DNA of 45,830 bases from a virus (lineage: Duplodnaviria > Caudoviricetes), in the IMG/VR virus record IMGVR_UViG_3300043428_000210, positions 1-45,830 of that record. One strand, written 5' to 3'. Shown in pieces: positions 27,914-38,165 of the stretch (position 1 is its first letter; each line of letters opens with the position of its first letter). The notes beneath the pieces are model-generated. The model was given only the letters and a program-made list of their open reading frames with translations, was not told the origin of the DNA and searched no databases. A program made the position numbers and the translations under genes.

Positions 27914-29337
27914 CCAAGACGCTGATGAACGTCGCCGCTAGGAGGTGGTGGGGTATCGGGCGTGTTTATCAACCGTATCGCATCTCTGACCAGCTGAGCT
28001 GTCGTCCCGTCCTTCTCGTCCCGATATATCTTGTCGAGTTGGTCGAGCTTGGCGAGGGCCTCAGATTTTTCAGCCCAGTCACCTGTTTCTCCCATGACAA
28101 CGGCCTGGAAGATTTCGTTCGAGACGTGTGCACTGCCGGCAATTGGTGTGTGGAAGACTTCAACCAGAGCCTGTTCAATCGACAAGGGGGTGTCCGAAAA
28201 CATGGGCAATGGGTGAGCGGAGTAGCCTGTCCCATCGTCCCCCATCTGAACCACGTCTGCGCCATTGAGCACGGCTTGTTGAACCATCAACGGTGAATGG
28301 GTCGCAACGACGATATGAGCGTTATGCACCGACTTCGCGATTCTGAAGAGTGCGTCCACGTACTTCAGCTGCCACTCCGGGTGAAGGCTCAGCTCTGGCT
28401 CGTCCAGCAAGGCGAGGCAGTCGGGAGTTATGGAGGTCGCGAGGCCAAATATTGCACAGAGCATTTGTTGCTGACCGGAGCTGGTCTTGGCAACGTCTAT
28501 CGACTCAACCTCGTTGCCGCGAAGTTCACACGACGTCAGGTTCAAGAGGTCCAACCGACGCAGGAGCGCAAAGGCCTGGATGACATGGAAATCCCGTCTC
28601 ACATTCTGAAGTGAGATAGGAAGGATGTAGCTCTTGGCGCGTTGGTCGTAGTGGTCGCGGACGACACTGATGGAATGGCGTAGTACGCCAAGAAACTCCT
28701 CGCCTTTGCCTGAGTTGAGTTCGCGAAGAATCCGTGCTTCGCTGGGACGGAGCCTGCCTTTGGTCTGCATGTCTTCCAGGTGCGACTCGATAAAACGAGT
28801 CGGGTCATTTTTTTCAAATGCATTCTTGCCCCCCGTTTTCAGCTTGTACCCAAGATTGAATCGGGTCTGGAAGCCAAGCTCGTACAGCACGGAAAAGAGA
28901 GTTTCAGCCGATTCTGGGTTTTCGCTCAGCCTTATAAGTGCCTCTTCCAGAACCCTGCGCGACAGAGTGGCACCGACGCTTCGAGAGGACCTGTGAAGAC
29001 CAGCGCAGACGTACTTGCTTTGCTCAATATCATCTTCGGTATACCTTTCTGTGAGCGAAGTGACATCAGCCTTGGGCGCCTCGAAGCGTACAAAGGGACT
29101 GAATGTCTGTACAACGACCCTTTCTGGCATGCCGGTAGCGTGGACCACAGGCCGTAGGTTGGCTTGGTTGGACCGGCTCTGATTTGGCGATTTCGCGTAC
29201 TGCAAGAGTATCTCTAGCAGCTCCGTTTTTCCGCACCCGTTCGGCCCAGTAATGACATCGACGTAGTTGCCACTGTCCGAGAGCTTGCGCCCGAGAGTGA
29301 CGTTCAGCCTCTGGCTGATGACCTGATGAACTTGCAT
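27910..29337 (-). CDS. ABC/AAA ATPase (Septu PtuA-like)
   Basis: ITGPNGCGKT, SSGQQQ, LLDEPELSLHPEWQ, ATHSP. Confidence 0.85.
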   Translation of the reverse strand: MQVHQVISQRLNVTLGRKLSDSGNYVDVITGPNGCGKTELLEILLQYAKSPNQSRSNQANLRPVVHATGMPERVVVQTFSPFVRFEAPKADVTSLTERYTEDDIEQSKYVCAGLHRSSRSVGATLSRRVLEEALIRLSENPESAETLFSVLYELGFQTRFNLGYKLKTGGKNAFEKNDPTRFIESHLEDMQTKGRLRPSEARILRELNSGKGEEFLGVLRHSISVVRDHYDQRAKSYILPISLQNVRRDFHVIQAFALLRRLDLLNLTSCELRGNEVESIDVAKTSSGQQQMLCAIFGLATSITPDCLALLDEPELSLHPEWQLKYVDALFRIAKSVHNAHIVVATHSPLMVQQAVLNGADVVQMGDDGTGYSAHPLPMFSDTPLSIEQALVEVFHTPIAGSAHVSNEIFQAVVMGETGDWAEKSEALAKLDQLDKIYRDEKDGTTAQLVRDAIRLINTPDTPPPPSGDVHQRLG

Positions 29338-29389
29338 TTCTCTATCTCCACCTCATCGCGGCCTAACCAGCGATGCATCTTGATTACTG

Positions 29390-30937
29390 TCATTCGCGTG
29401 AGTTCTTCCGCGATCGACGCTCTTGTTTATCTGCTGCGCGCCTAGCCGCCCTGTTCATGGGCACACCATCCTTACCGACATATTTTGATGGGGAGTCAAC
29501 AAATCGGAACGGGACTGGAAACTCCCGCTCTGTGTGCCGGGAGAGCTGCATTTCTGTCTTGGGCCGCAGGATATCCAGCTCGTCCGCTTCTTTGCGCCAC
29601 CCCATGAGCTCTTCGGCCGATATAGCGGACAGGTCGACGTGCATGAAATCCTGTGATGCCAAGCCTTCAGAGAATGGCTCGCTAGCGATTCCGATAGCAT
29701 CCTTCAGCATTGGTATCTGACTTTTGACGGCATGGCAGTAGACCGTCAAAGCATGCATCCGTCGGTGTCGGTACGTCGTGTTGTAGTCCTCCCCCTCGGT
29801 CCTGGGCATGGTTAGGAAGACAAACGCACGGTCGGGCGGTCGACCTGTCATCTTGATGCGCGCAAACATGCGGCCCGGCTCACTACGCTGCATGACAAAG
29901 TGGAAGTCCGTGGACAGGCTGCGTCGGGCCAAGCGAGGCTGGGAAGCAAGAGCTCGGACTATGCGCTCGTGATGACTTCCGTCTGAATCTGAAAGCCAAG
30001 GCGCGCTAATGGCTTTGCCTGAGCGGATGAACTTGCTCTGGTGTTCTATGAGCGCATCCCACAGGTAGCTGATTTCATTGGCCTGTTGCTTAGCCTGCCA
30101 TTGCGGACTTGTTCTGTATACCTGCCAGTCACCTTCAGGAAGTGCGATGAAGTTGGCACCCTTGGGTATCTTAGGAAATTCGTGTTCCTCGTCACGAGTT
30201 GTGGACATATATCGGCCCAGCAGGTCTTCCTCCCCCGTTGCGGAGATGATGACCTCAGGCTGCTGTATGAACTCTTCCTTCTTGCGCAGGTACCTAACCA
30301 GGTCGGGCATGGTATCCAGCTCCTCAAGAAGCAGGTCGACAGTCATTTCATCGAGAACATGCACGAAGCGCCGGCTCTCAAGTGGGTAGCCGATATGGAA
30401 GGGGTTCTCCGCGTGGGCGGTCTTCCCGACGAGTTCGTTGAGCAACATGAGGCTGCCTGAACTTCCACCTCCGAAGAAATGTCGCGCGGGCAGGTGCGAC
30501 CCTCGGGTGACTGCGATGAGGTAGTACCGTGCGACGCTCGCGTCGGGTAACTCAATGGGCAACGGCGCTTGGCAAGCCTTGTCCAGGAAGATCCGTTTGG
30601 GAAATGCCTTGATGAACTTTTCGGCTCCCGCTAGTTGCCGGACGGATTTGTCGATGGCGTTTCGATACCACCGCGGCCAGGCAACGGAAACATCAACGTT
30701 GCTCTGGTAGGCGCAGTCCTTGTCCGAAAACAACAGCACGTCGTTGCCGAAGACGACTAGGAGGTCGCAGAGCTCCTTGCCGTCCCCCTTGCCGTTGGCC
30801 CGACCCTCGTCGGTGAAGACATTGGGATAGCTCCAGAGGCTCAGAAAGGCCTTGCGTGCCAACCCCGCCAGTGCCCGCTCGGAGGCCGTTGTACCGTCTG
30901 CTGAGGCTGCCTTCTCCCATGCTGTCTCTTGTGTCAT
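29390..30937 (-). CDS. Hypothetical protein with a NERD-like PD-(D/E)XK nuclease N-terminus
   Basis: SE..L...FLSLWSYPN...ELCDLLVVFGNDVLLFSDK...RQL; C-term MNRAARRA. Confidence 0.6.
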   Translation of the reverse strand: MTQETAWEKAASADGTTASERALAGLARKAFLSLWSYPNVFTDEGRANGKGDGKELCDLLVVFGNDVLLFSDKDCAYQSNVDVSVAWPRWYRNAIDKSVRQLAGAEKFIKAFPKRIFLDKACQAPLPIELPDASVARYYLIAVTRGSHLPARHFFGGGSSGSLMLLNELVGKTAHAENPFHIGYPLESRRFVHVLDEMTVDLLLEELDTMPDLVRYLRKKEEFIQQPEVIISATGEEDLLGRYMSTTRDEEHEFPKIPKGANFIALPEGDWQVYRTSPQWQAKQQANEISYLWDALIEHQSKFIRSGKAISAPWLSDSDGSHHERIVRALASQPRLARRSLSTDFHFVMQRSEPGRMFARIKMTGRPPDRAFVFLTMPRTEGEDYNTTYRHRRMHALTVYCHAVKSQIPMLKDAIGIASEPFSEGLASQDFMHVDLSAISAEELMGWRKEADELDILRPKTEMQLSRHTEREFPVPFRFVDSPSKYVGKDGVPMNRAARRAADKQERRSRKNSRE

Positions 30938-30952
30938 GGATGACTGGCCCCG

Positions 30953-32704
30953 TCAATGCGCCGGGTCAGCTGCAGCGGCGGCTTCTGGTGGAGGCTTCTT
31001 CTTCCAGAACTTTGCGTAGGAGGGGCCTTCCGACTTGGGAGGGTACTCTGGCTCGGTTACCTTGATAGGCGTAGGCATTGGGAAGTCAACGCCGACCAAG
31101 ATTGCCTCCCCTTGACCTAGCGTGGGAAGAAAGGCTGCTGCACTACCGTCAAGATTACCGCAGGCCTTTTCGACGATGTCGCGGTCGCGCTCGTTTATCA
31201 GGCGGTGCACGATGAACATACCCATCTGGCTCAACACATCCTCAGGGATGTCACGTGGGCGCTGCGTCGCAAGCAAAGTCGTCAGACCGTACTTTCGACC
31301 CTCCTTCGCAATCAGGCCGAACGCGTCGAGCGACACGCGGTTGGTTTCGTCACCGATGGACTTGCTCAAGAACTGGTGGGCTTCATCGAGAACCACCACC
31401 GTCGGCATCTCTTGGAACGCTCCGTTCCGAGCCAAGCCTAGAAGATGTCGCCCGATGGCGTTGATGAGCAGCTCGCGCGCGTGGTGCTCGAACGGCAAGT
31501 CGGCCAAGCTGATTCTCAGCACTGCATCGTCAGACGCAAAGAACGATTGAATTTCTTCCGTCAGCGCAGCGAACTGCTCCGGTGCGAAGAGGCATCGAAG
31601 CGCTGGCGACCGGCTGATGCTGTGAATCTTGGACACCAACGTGTCGCAGTAGCCCCTAATCCGCTCATCGGGGGCACCCCAGACTGAATAGTTTGGCTCA
31701 CGCGCTGTGCCACCACTCTCGTAGACACACTCTTCGTACACCTGCCTTGCCAAATGCTTGATTACATACCTCGCACCCTGCGCCTCGACCTGGGCCTCGT
31801 TCTTGTTCACTAGATAGTTGAACGTCTTCTTCTCTGCGTTCGCTTTCACGTACTGATGAGGCTCGTTGTCGCCGTTCAAGATGTAGTTCAGTTTCAGGCT
31901 GCGCAGGGCTTCCCGCAGTTTCGGAACCTGTGCGCCAGGTGACGGCTGGAAAATCGCGAACAGGTCCGTTTCGGTGAGGGCCCAGTACGGGAAGGCAACA
32001 AATTTGCGTGTGTCCTCCGCACTTGTCGGTGCGCCGCCGAGATGCACAGAGCGAACGCCTTTGGTGAACGTGTGGAACTCGCCACTGGGATCCACGAGGA
32101 GAACCTTGCCTCCAAGCCTAGCGGCTTCCTGAATGATGCGAGCGACGGTCCAGCTCTTGCCGCCCCCGGTCGCTCCCAGTACCGCACAGTGACGGCCAAA
32201 CAAGTGGGCCGGGCTTACGTTGACCATCGTACTCGGGTCATGCGTAATCGTGGCGAGCTCGACGGCTCCTGCGCTGGAGACGGACTGCCCCTCGACGATG
32301 TGCTTCACAAGAAGCGGGTGAGCCGAGAAAACGTGCTGACCGATGCGAGGATGGAACGGAATCCCTGAGATGACCTTGGCGGTCGCCAGGTCGAGAGTCG
32401 TCAGGAGCTGGACAAACCCGATGGGGTTGGCGTCTGGGGGAGTGCCTAGGGAGGGTTCGGCCTTGAGCCGCTCGTTGTCGGGCAGCTTCACCTCAGTGAT
32501 GCGCCCCAGCACGGCAACCCCTTCGCCTTCGAGGAAGATGAACTCGCCGACCTGACCGCCGAGCACTGCGTATCCCGAGTATTGCCGGGGTGCGACGCCT
32601 GCAGCCTTCGGCAGATTGATGCGAGCACTGTCCGGCCCCACGAAGGTGACCGCACCAATGTATCGGCTGGGGTCAAACGGGCTTGTTGCGAGCCTGCCAG
32701 TCAT
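30953..32704 (-). CDS. herA: HerA/FtsK-family ATPase (DUF87)
   Basis: N-term HAS-like barrel; RHCAVLGATGGGKS, VVLDEAHQF, IAKEGRKYG, ATQRP. Confidence 0.92.
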   Translation of the reverse strand: MTGRLATSPFDPSRYIGAVTFVGPDSARINLPKAAGVAPRQYSGYAVLGGQVGEFIFLEGEGVAVLGRITEVKLPDNERLKAEPSLGTPPDANPIGFVQLLTTLDLATAKVISGIPFHPRIGQHVFSAHPLLVKHIVEGQSVSSAGAVELATITHDPSTMVNVSPAHLFGRHCAVLGATGGGKSWTVARIIQEAARLGGKVLLVDPSGEFHTFTKGVRSVHLGGAPTSAEDTRKFVAFPYWALTETDLFAIFQPSPGAQVPKLREALRSLKLNYILNGDNEPHQYVKANAEKKTFNYLVNKNEAQVEAQGARYVIKHLARQVYEECVYESGGTAREPNYSVWGAPDERIRGYCDTLVSKIHSISRSPALRCLFAPEQFAALTEEIQSFFASDDAVLRISLADLPFEHHARELLINAIGRHLLGLARNGAFQEMPTVVVLDEAHQFLSKSIGDETNRVSLDAFGLIAKEGRKYGLTTLLATQRPRDIPEDVLSQMGMFIVHRLINERDRDIVEKACGNLDGSAAAFLPTLGQGEAILVGVDFPMPTPIKVTEPEYPPKSEGPSYAKFWKKKPPPEAAAAADPAH

Positions 32705-33951
32705 CCTGCCTCCCGCATCAGTCGGATGCGCTCATAGTGCTGCTCGAGGTCGGTTTCCGCCGCAATGTCCGGCATCAACGGAACGGATTCCTCAAAGGTG
32801 GCGGAAATGAGCGCCAGACGGGCATCGCCGTGTTCAATCAAGTACCTGAGCTTTGACAGGTAGGGGTGCTTCGCATCGTTGCCATCCTGGACACCCTTTT
32901 CCTTATGTTCCCATGGACCAAGGCCAGGGTCACAGACCACGACCTTGAGATGCAGATTGGAATTGATGGCCGACAGTATTGGCTCAGCCAAATGGTTGTC
33001 ATTGAATCCAAATCCCAAGACGAGAAGGCCGGTATCCGGCTGCCGCAATGCAGTTTGGAATGCCGACATCATCTCGAGATACGGTTGCTCGAATGACAAC
33101 TCGTATTTTGTATTTCGCGGATAGATAAGCAGCGGCGACTCAGAGGCGGGGTTTTTTTCAATCTCCCCGGATTTCGTGTTCTTCGTCCAATCTACAGAGC
33201 CGTGAAGTTTGTAGAGATGGAAGACGTTCGGAATAAAATCGTGACTGTCTGGACTGCTTTCCCGCTTCACGATGTCGTACGAGAAGTAGAGCGAGTCGAA
33301 GACTTGCGGCGTCGTATGCGAAAAGCCGTCAACGATTACGTAGCGTCCTTTGCGCGCGGCGTACTCGAAGCACAGGTCATAGTTGGTTGTAAAGACTTTT
33401 GTGCGCAGCTTTCGCGTGGATCGGCGAACCAGCCGGCGAAGAAAGTCGGCATGGAGGCCGACCTCGTCTTCAACATCCAAGAAGCGCACGCAATCGCGAA
33501 CCGTTTGCTCGGCGGTGGCGATGAATCCTGTTACCAGAGCTTTGTCGTCCCCGTCTCCAAGGAACTCTTCGGCAATCTTGCAGTGCGAAAGCAGCGCTTC
33601 GATGTTCTCTCCCTTGGCCGCCGGGAAATGCGTTAGCGCAATGACTTTCTCGAAGAGCTCTTCGCGGTTTGCCTTGCACGCATTCCACAGGTCAGCCATC
33701 GTGGGAGCGATGCGCTTGCCAGGGTGTGCTGCGCGTGGACCAGACGCCCCTGGAGCTTTCGGCAGCACGTTCACATGCAGGGACGTGCCGAGCCCTGTGA
33801 GAACGACAAGGTTGGTGCACCTGAAGCAGTCGGAAAGGTTGCGGTTGATTTCTGCAAGCGCTGGGTCAGGGATGGTGCGTCCGTTGCCATCCTCCTGAGG
33901 GTCTTTAACTTCGCGCCACGTTCCACCGTTCCTGTAGGTCAATACTTGCAT
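32701..33951 (-). CDS. SIR2-like NADase of a SIR2-HerA anti-phage system
   Basis: VLTGLGTS, FTTNYD, DGFS, YKLHGSVDW, LGFGFNDNH; ATGA overlap with herA. Confidence 0.92.
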   Translation of the reverse strand: MQVLTYRNGGTWREVKDPQEDGNGRTIPDPALAEINRNLSDCFRCTNLVVLTGLGTSLHVNVLPKAPGASGPRAAHPGKRIAPTMADLWNACKANREELFEKVIALTHFPAAKGENIEALLSHCKIAEEFLGDGDDKALVTGFIATAEQTVRDCVRFLDVEDEVGLHADFLRRLVRRSTRKLRTKVFTTNYDLCFEYAARKGRYVIVDGFSHTTPQVFDSLYFSYDIVKRESSPDSHDFIPNVFHLYKLHGSVDWTKNTKSGEIEKNPASESPLLIYPRNTKYELSFEQPYLEMMSAFQTALRQPDTGLLVLGFGFNDNHLAEPILSAINSNLHLKVVVCDPGLGPWEHKEKGVQDGNDAKHPYLSKLRYLIEHGDARLALISATFEESVPLMPDIAAETDLEQHYERIRLMREAG

Positions 33952-34456
33952 ATCTCAATAAGCGTAAGGAGTTCCCAAAGTTCCGCGGGCCCCGAGAGCA
34001 CAACGCGAGCTGCTGCCGATAAACGCCAGATACTCGCATGGTAAGGGACATCGGCGAGCATGTGCGGGCTCAGGAAGAAGACTGGGGTCACTTTCGGCGT
34101 AGCAATGTCGATGCGCTGGATGCGTCGGCGAGCGGCTGTTCAACCAAACCCGATGACGGAAACAGTTTCCATGAATCCGCTGTTGGTTATCGAGGCAGAA
34201 ATTCTGAAAGACGGCAGACTGCAGGTCTTGGCGAGGGTGCTGCTTAAATTCCACTGAGGTCGATGACCGGTTGGCGTAGAGTAGCGAACGAACCTAACTG
34301 CGCGGCCACCGACAACAATCGCTGCCAAGCTGACTATCAATGAAGGGTACTGATGTTCGATCTAGGGCGACCTTTGTGTGGATGGGAGTTCAATTCGTCT
34401 ATGGATTGATACGATCCTTTCGCTACGCGCAGAAGCGGTTTCTCGGGTATCAATGT

Positions 34457-34816
34457 TTACTTTGGAATATCCCAATCTGGGGCGGGATCTTTTTTTGCCA
34501 ATTTGTAAATCAATTCACCGCCCCGCACATCATCAAAGAGTTCCTGGATGTAGTGATAGACCTTGTTGGTCACATCAATCATGAGTGCTTTCATCTCGGC
34601 ATCATCAAATCGGGAAAGTTCATTCCATGGGATTTGACCGAAGGGGCTGTGAACAATGACGTCTGAGTAGTCACCGGTTTTTGAGTTTGGGACTTTGCCG
34701 CTGTGCAGCTCCTCAAGAACCGAATTACGAAAACACTTCAGCGCAATGTGCTTGGCCATGCGTTGTTGAATCTCGGGGTCTGTGACGATGGCTTTGGCGA
34801 TTTCATCTTTGTTCAT
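34457..34816 (-). CDS. Hypothetical protein (119 aa)
   Basis: AGGA RBS-like element upstream; co-oriented downstream of the Fic gene; CFRNS.LEELH motif of unknown family. Confidence 0.7.
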   Translation of the reverse strand: MNKDEIAKAIVTDPEIQQRMAKHIALKCFRNSVLEELHSGKVPNSKTGDYSDVIVHSPFGQIPWNELSRFDDAEMKALMIDVTNKVYHYIQELFDDVRGGELIYKLAKKDPAPDWDIPK

Positions 34817-34864
34817 GGGTGAAAATTCCTATGTTGATGAGATAGGTACGCTCCGGCAAGTACC

Positions 34865-36337
34865 TCAAGCCTTCGGTGGGGAAAGCAACTTGTGCTGTAT
34901 GCGTGATTTCTCGAACGCATTGCACAACTGCATATCTGTGATGACCTTGTCCAGGTCCTCGTAGTCAAAGTCAGCGGTCCACTGACAAATCGATTGCATG
35001 GCGTCGAGAAAGGGGCTGGGATTACCTTCCCGCGTCAGGACGCGAAGACAGTCCAGGTATTCTTCCCGAAAGAGCGTTGGTACGATGATTCGGCAACTGT
35101 TGACGACCGAAAGTTCTGCATTCATCACAAGCCTGGCCAGGCGTCCGTTGCCATCGGTGAAGGGGTGGACTTCGGAGACGAGGAACATCGCCATCAGCGC
35201 TCTGGCCATGCCTGGGGGAACGGATGGAAGGAGCTTCGAGCCTTCAACCAAGGTGCCTCGAACAAATCTCGGAGCCACGAATTCCGTATTGCCCGCTCGA
35301 TTGGCCAGCGTCTTGAATTCTCCGGGCCCTACCTCTGGCCGCTCCTTCATCTGGTCGGCATGGCGCTCACGCAGCTGAGTCAGGACAGACTCACCTGAGC
35401 CGAGCGTCTGGTTCGCCCATCCTGGATTGATGGCCTGTCGGAAAACACCAATGATGTCGTGCGAGTCTTTGGGCCGTTCAGTGATGGGCTTGCCCTCCAG
35501 GACGAAGCCCCGAGCCTCGGTGACATCGAATTCTGTGCCCTCGATGAAGTTGCTGAAGTATGACTCCAGGAAAGCGAAATTCAGACGTGCCCGTTCGCTC
35601 TTTGCCACTGCGGGAGGTTGCTTCAGTGGTACCGAGCGCAACTGTGTTGCGAATTTTTCAAATAGAGCAAGGCGATTGGCGTCGTATGGAATGTTGGCCA
35701 TCATCCCCTTGCCGGCGGCAGTAGACATCGCTGCCTTTCTCGTCCCCAGTACTGCACCAATGAGACCATTGAGGATGGTCAACTCGCGCTCCAGGCCTAA
35801 CACTGGAGCCAGTGTTCGAGCTTGGTCACGAAGCGTGTTGAGCGCTTCCTCGCCTCGGGCTTCACAGGTATCGATGAGGCGCTGTTCGACATCAGCCTTC
35901 CCGACTGACTTCTGCACTTTACCGCGTGAGATGGTGAGGTTTTCCAACAGGACCCGAGGTGTTGAAGGAAAGTACAACTCTCTGCCCATCATCGGGGTGT
36001 CGCCTTGAGCGGGGCCATGACCAGCGACCAACTGGACGGTCATGCCGGGCAAATCCACTCTCTTTGTATAAGAGTACGTGAGGTACATCATGCCATCGCT
36101 TGGCACCCCGCCATGGAAGGCGCTGCGCGGCCCTATGACAGCCTTAGGGTAGAGCGCTGCCAGGATACGGATGCGTTCGCGGGCAATCAAGGCTGGCCAT
36201 GCTTCCTCGGGAAGACTTGTCACCACGCCCGCAGCGATGCGTTTGAGGGCCCCCTCTCGCAACCGACGCTGGGTCGCTCTGATCTGCGCTGGAGAGAGCT
36301 CAACGTATAGCAAAAGGGAGTCGTCAGGTGTCGGCAT
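34865..36337 (-). CDS. Fic-domain protein with a long N-terminal extension
   Basis: HPFTDGNGRLAR catalytic motif; SNFIEGT inhibitory-helix motif. Confidence 0.92.
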   Translation of the reverse strand: MPTPDDSLLLYVELSPAQIRATQRRLREGALKRIAAGVVTSLPEEAWPALIARERIRILAALYPKAVIGPRSAFHGGVPSDGMMYLTYSYTKRVDLPGMTVQLVAGHGPAQGDTPMMGRELYFPSTPRVLLENLTISRGKVQKSVGKADVEQRLIDTCEARGEEALNTLRDQARTLAPVLGLERELTILNGLIGAVLGTRKAAMSTAAGKGMMANIPYDANRLALFEKFATQLRSVPLKQPPAVAKSERARLNFAFLESYFSNFIEGTEFDVTEARGFVLEGKPITERPKDSHDIIGVFRQAINPGWANQTLGSGESVLTQLRERHADQMKERPEVGPGEFKTLANRAGNTEFVAPRFVRGTLVEGSKLLPSVPPGMARALMAMFLVSEVHPFTDGNGRLARLVMNAELSVVNSCRIIVPTLFREEYLDCLRVLTREGNPSPFLDAMQSICQWTADFDYEDLDKVITDMQLCNAFEKSRIQHKLLSPPKA

Positions 36338-36574
36338 TTTTTGTGCTGAAGCTTCGTTTAGAGCTGAAATGTTGCTTTCGTTTGTTTTAAATCCCGAACT
36401 TGTCGCTATTTTTGAAATAAAGATGATGAAGGCTTGCGTCCCTTTTCTTTGATTACATTTGTGCGTGACCGGTATTTTGTCGTTGTTATTTTAGCAAAAA
36501 TTATGATTTGTCGTCTATTTTAATTTATAGAGAGATGCGCAGGTGAAAATGTCTATGCAGATCAGATTCCGCGC

Positions 36575-36766
36575 TTGCCTGGAGTGTTGGTGGGAGAGAT
36601 GCCCAGCAACGGCAAGTTGATGCTGGCGCTGGATACCCTGAATCAGCGCTTTAGGAGGAGTACGGTCAAGGTGTCAACGCAGGTGGCATACCAGGACTGG
36701 CAGATGCGGCGGGAGCACAAGTCACCGAACTTCACATCGGATTGGGATGAGGTTTCCATAGTTTGA
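36575..36766 (+). pseudogene. Remnant of umuC/RumB C-terminus (DUF4113)
   Basis: LMLALDTLNQRF...WQMRREHKSPNFTSDWDE matches the UmuC C-terminal pattern; polymerase domain absent. Confidence 0.75.
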
Positions 36767-36979
36767 AAATCGCTAAATTGTTAGGGAACGACTGCGCAAG
36801 TTGCTGTCATTAAAGACTGAGAGCTAGCCGAATCTGGTGGGGAACATCGTTCTGTATGTGCAGAAGGAAGAGGACAGGCGTCCGGATGGTGGCTCCGCTG
36901 CTAAAGGAAATTTTCATTAGGTTGCCTGTTATTAAAGAAGTCTTTAAAATCAAGCCATTGAATTAAAGCGACCTTGATC

Positions 36980-38152
36980 ATGAAACGAGCAACCGGAACA
37001 TATGTGGAGTCGACCACCCTTGGGGAGGTAGTCAAAGCATTTGTGCCGAACTCACTGCCGCCTCAAAAGCCAGTCTTGGCTGTAGAGGTCTATCAGGACC
37101 TCAATCACAAGGCTGAGATGGCTTTGGCGCGTCTGTCGGGCGTGTCGGGCTTGGTCCCGTCTGTGGACTGGTTGCTTTACAGCGCGATTCGCAAAGAAGC
37201 TTTGTTGACTTCGCAGATCGAAGGAACTCAGGCCACGATCACCGACCTCTTTGATGACGAGGCGGGTCTGGAGGTGAGCAACACGGACGACGTGGAGGAG
37301 GTCACCAACTATATCGCTGCTTACCGGCTCGTGCGTGACAACCTGCGAGATCCCAAAGGGCTTCCTATCAGTGTTCGCTTGCTTTGCAAGGCCCATAAAC
37401 TGCTACTCAATGGCGTTCGTGGGACGGGCAAGCAGCCTGGAGCCTTAAGACGCTCGCAGAACTGGCTGGGTGGAACCAGGCCGGGGAACGCTGTTTTCGT
37501 TCCTCCGCCCGCAGACAAAGTACCTGCCCTGATGAGCGATCTGGAGAAGTTCATCCATGACCAGCCCAGAAATACGCAGGAGGTGACTGGCAAAGGCCTG
37601 CCACCTCTGGTGGGGATTGCACTTGCACATGCGCAGTTTGAAACGATTCACCCGTTCCTGGATGGCAACGGTCGTATCGGGCGACTGCTTATCTCCGCCT
37701 TGCTGGAGGACTTGGGCTTGTTGCCTGAGCCGCTGATGTATCTGAGCGGCTACTTGAAGCAGCACCAGACAGAGTACTACCGCCTCTTGTCCGCGATCCG
37801 GAAGGAAGGGGACTGGGAGTCTTGGGTTCAGTTCTTCCTGGAGGGGGTGCAGGTTTCAGCAAGTCAAGCGGAAGAGAACATCGTAAAGATCGCCTCGCTT
37901 GTGGCCTCTGATCGCAGAAAGTTGCTTGAATCACTGAAGGGTGGGGCGGCTGCATATCGCCTGTTCGAGATGCTGCCCATGATGCCTCGCTTTACTGTGG
38001 AGCGAGTGAAGACTGCCTTGGGAACTACCTTCCCGACAGCCAATGCAGCAGTCAAAGCCCTAGAGGAATTGGACTTGATCACTGAGACGACAGGCAACAA
38101 GAAGAACCGTAGCTTCAGCTATGACCGGTACATCAAGCTACTGTCTGCCTGA
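36980..38152 (+). CDS. Fic-domain protein (class II, C-terminal HTH)
   Basis: EALLTSQIEGT, RRSQNW.GG, HAQFETIHPFLDGNGRIGR; C-term ETTGNKKNRSF. Confidence 0.93.
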   Translation: MKRATGTYVESTTLGEVVKAFVPNSLPPQKPVLAVEVYQDLNHKAEMALARLSGVSGLVPSVDWLLYSAIRKEALLTSQIEGTQATITDLFDDEAGLEVSNTDDVEEVTNYIAAYRLVRDNLRDPKGLPISVRLLCKAHKLLLNGVRGTGKQPGALRRSQNWLGGTRPGNAVFVPPPADKVPALMSDLEKFIHDQPRNTQEVTGKGLPPLVGIALAHAQFETIHPFLDGNGRIGRLLISALLEDLGLLPEPLMYLSGYLKQHQTEYYRLLSAIRKEGDWESWVQFFLEGVQVSASQAEENIVKIASLVASDRRKLLESLKGGAAAYRLFEMLPMMPRFTVERVKTALGTTFPTANAAVKALEELDLITETTGNKKNRSFSYDRYIKLLSA

Positions 38153-38165
38153 AGGATCTCTACCA

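Noticed and set aside
27095-29400. Retron (Ec78-type) associated with the PtuA/PtuB-like pair
   Set aside because: No RT (no YADD-type ORF) and only 52 nt upstream, leaving no room for msr-msd; called Septu-like instead
33955-34450. Small ORFs or an attC-like site upstream of sir2 (ACCTAAC at ~34292; also GCCTAAC at ~29361)
   Set aside because: No matching GTTRRRY with an attC-style hairpin that I could pair, no integron integrase, and the short ORFs lack motifs
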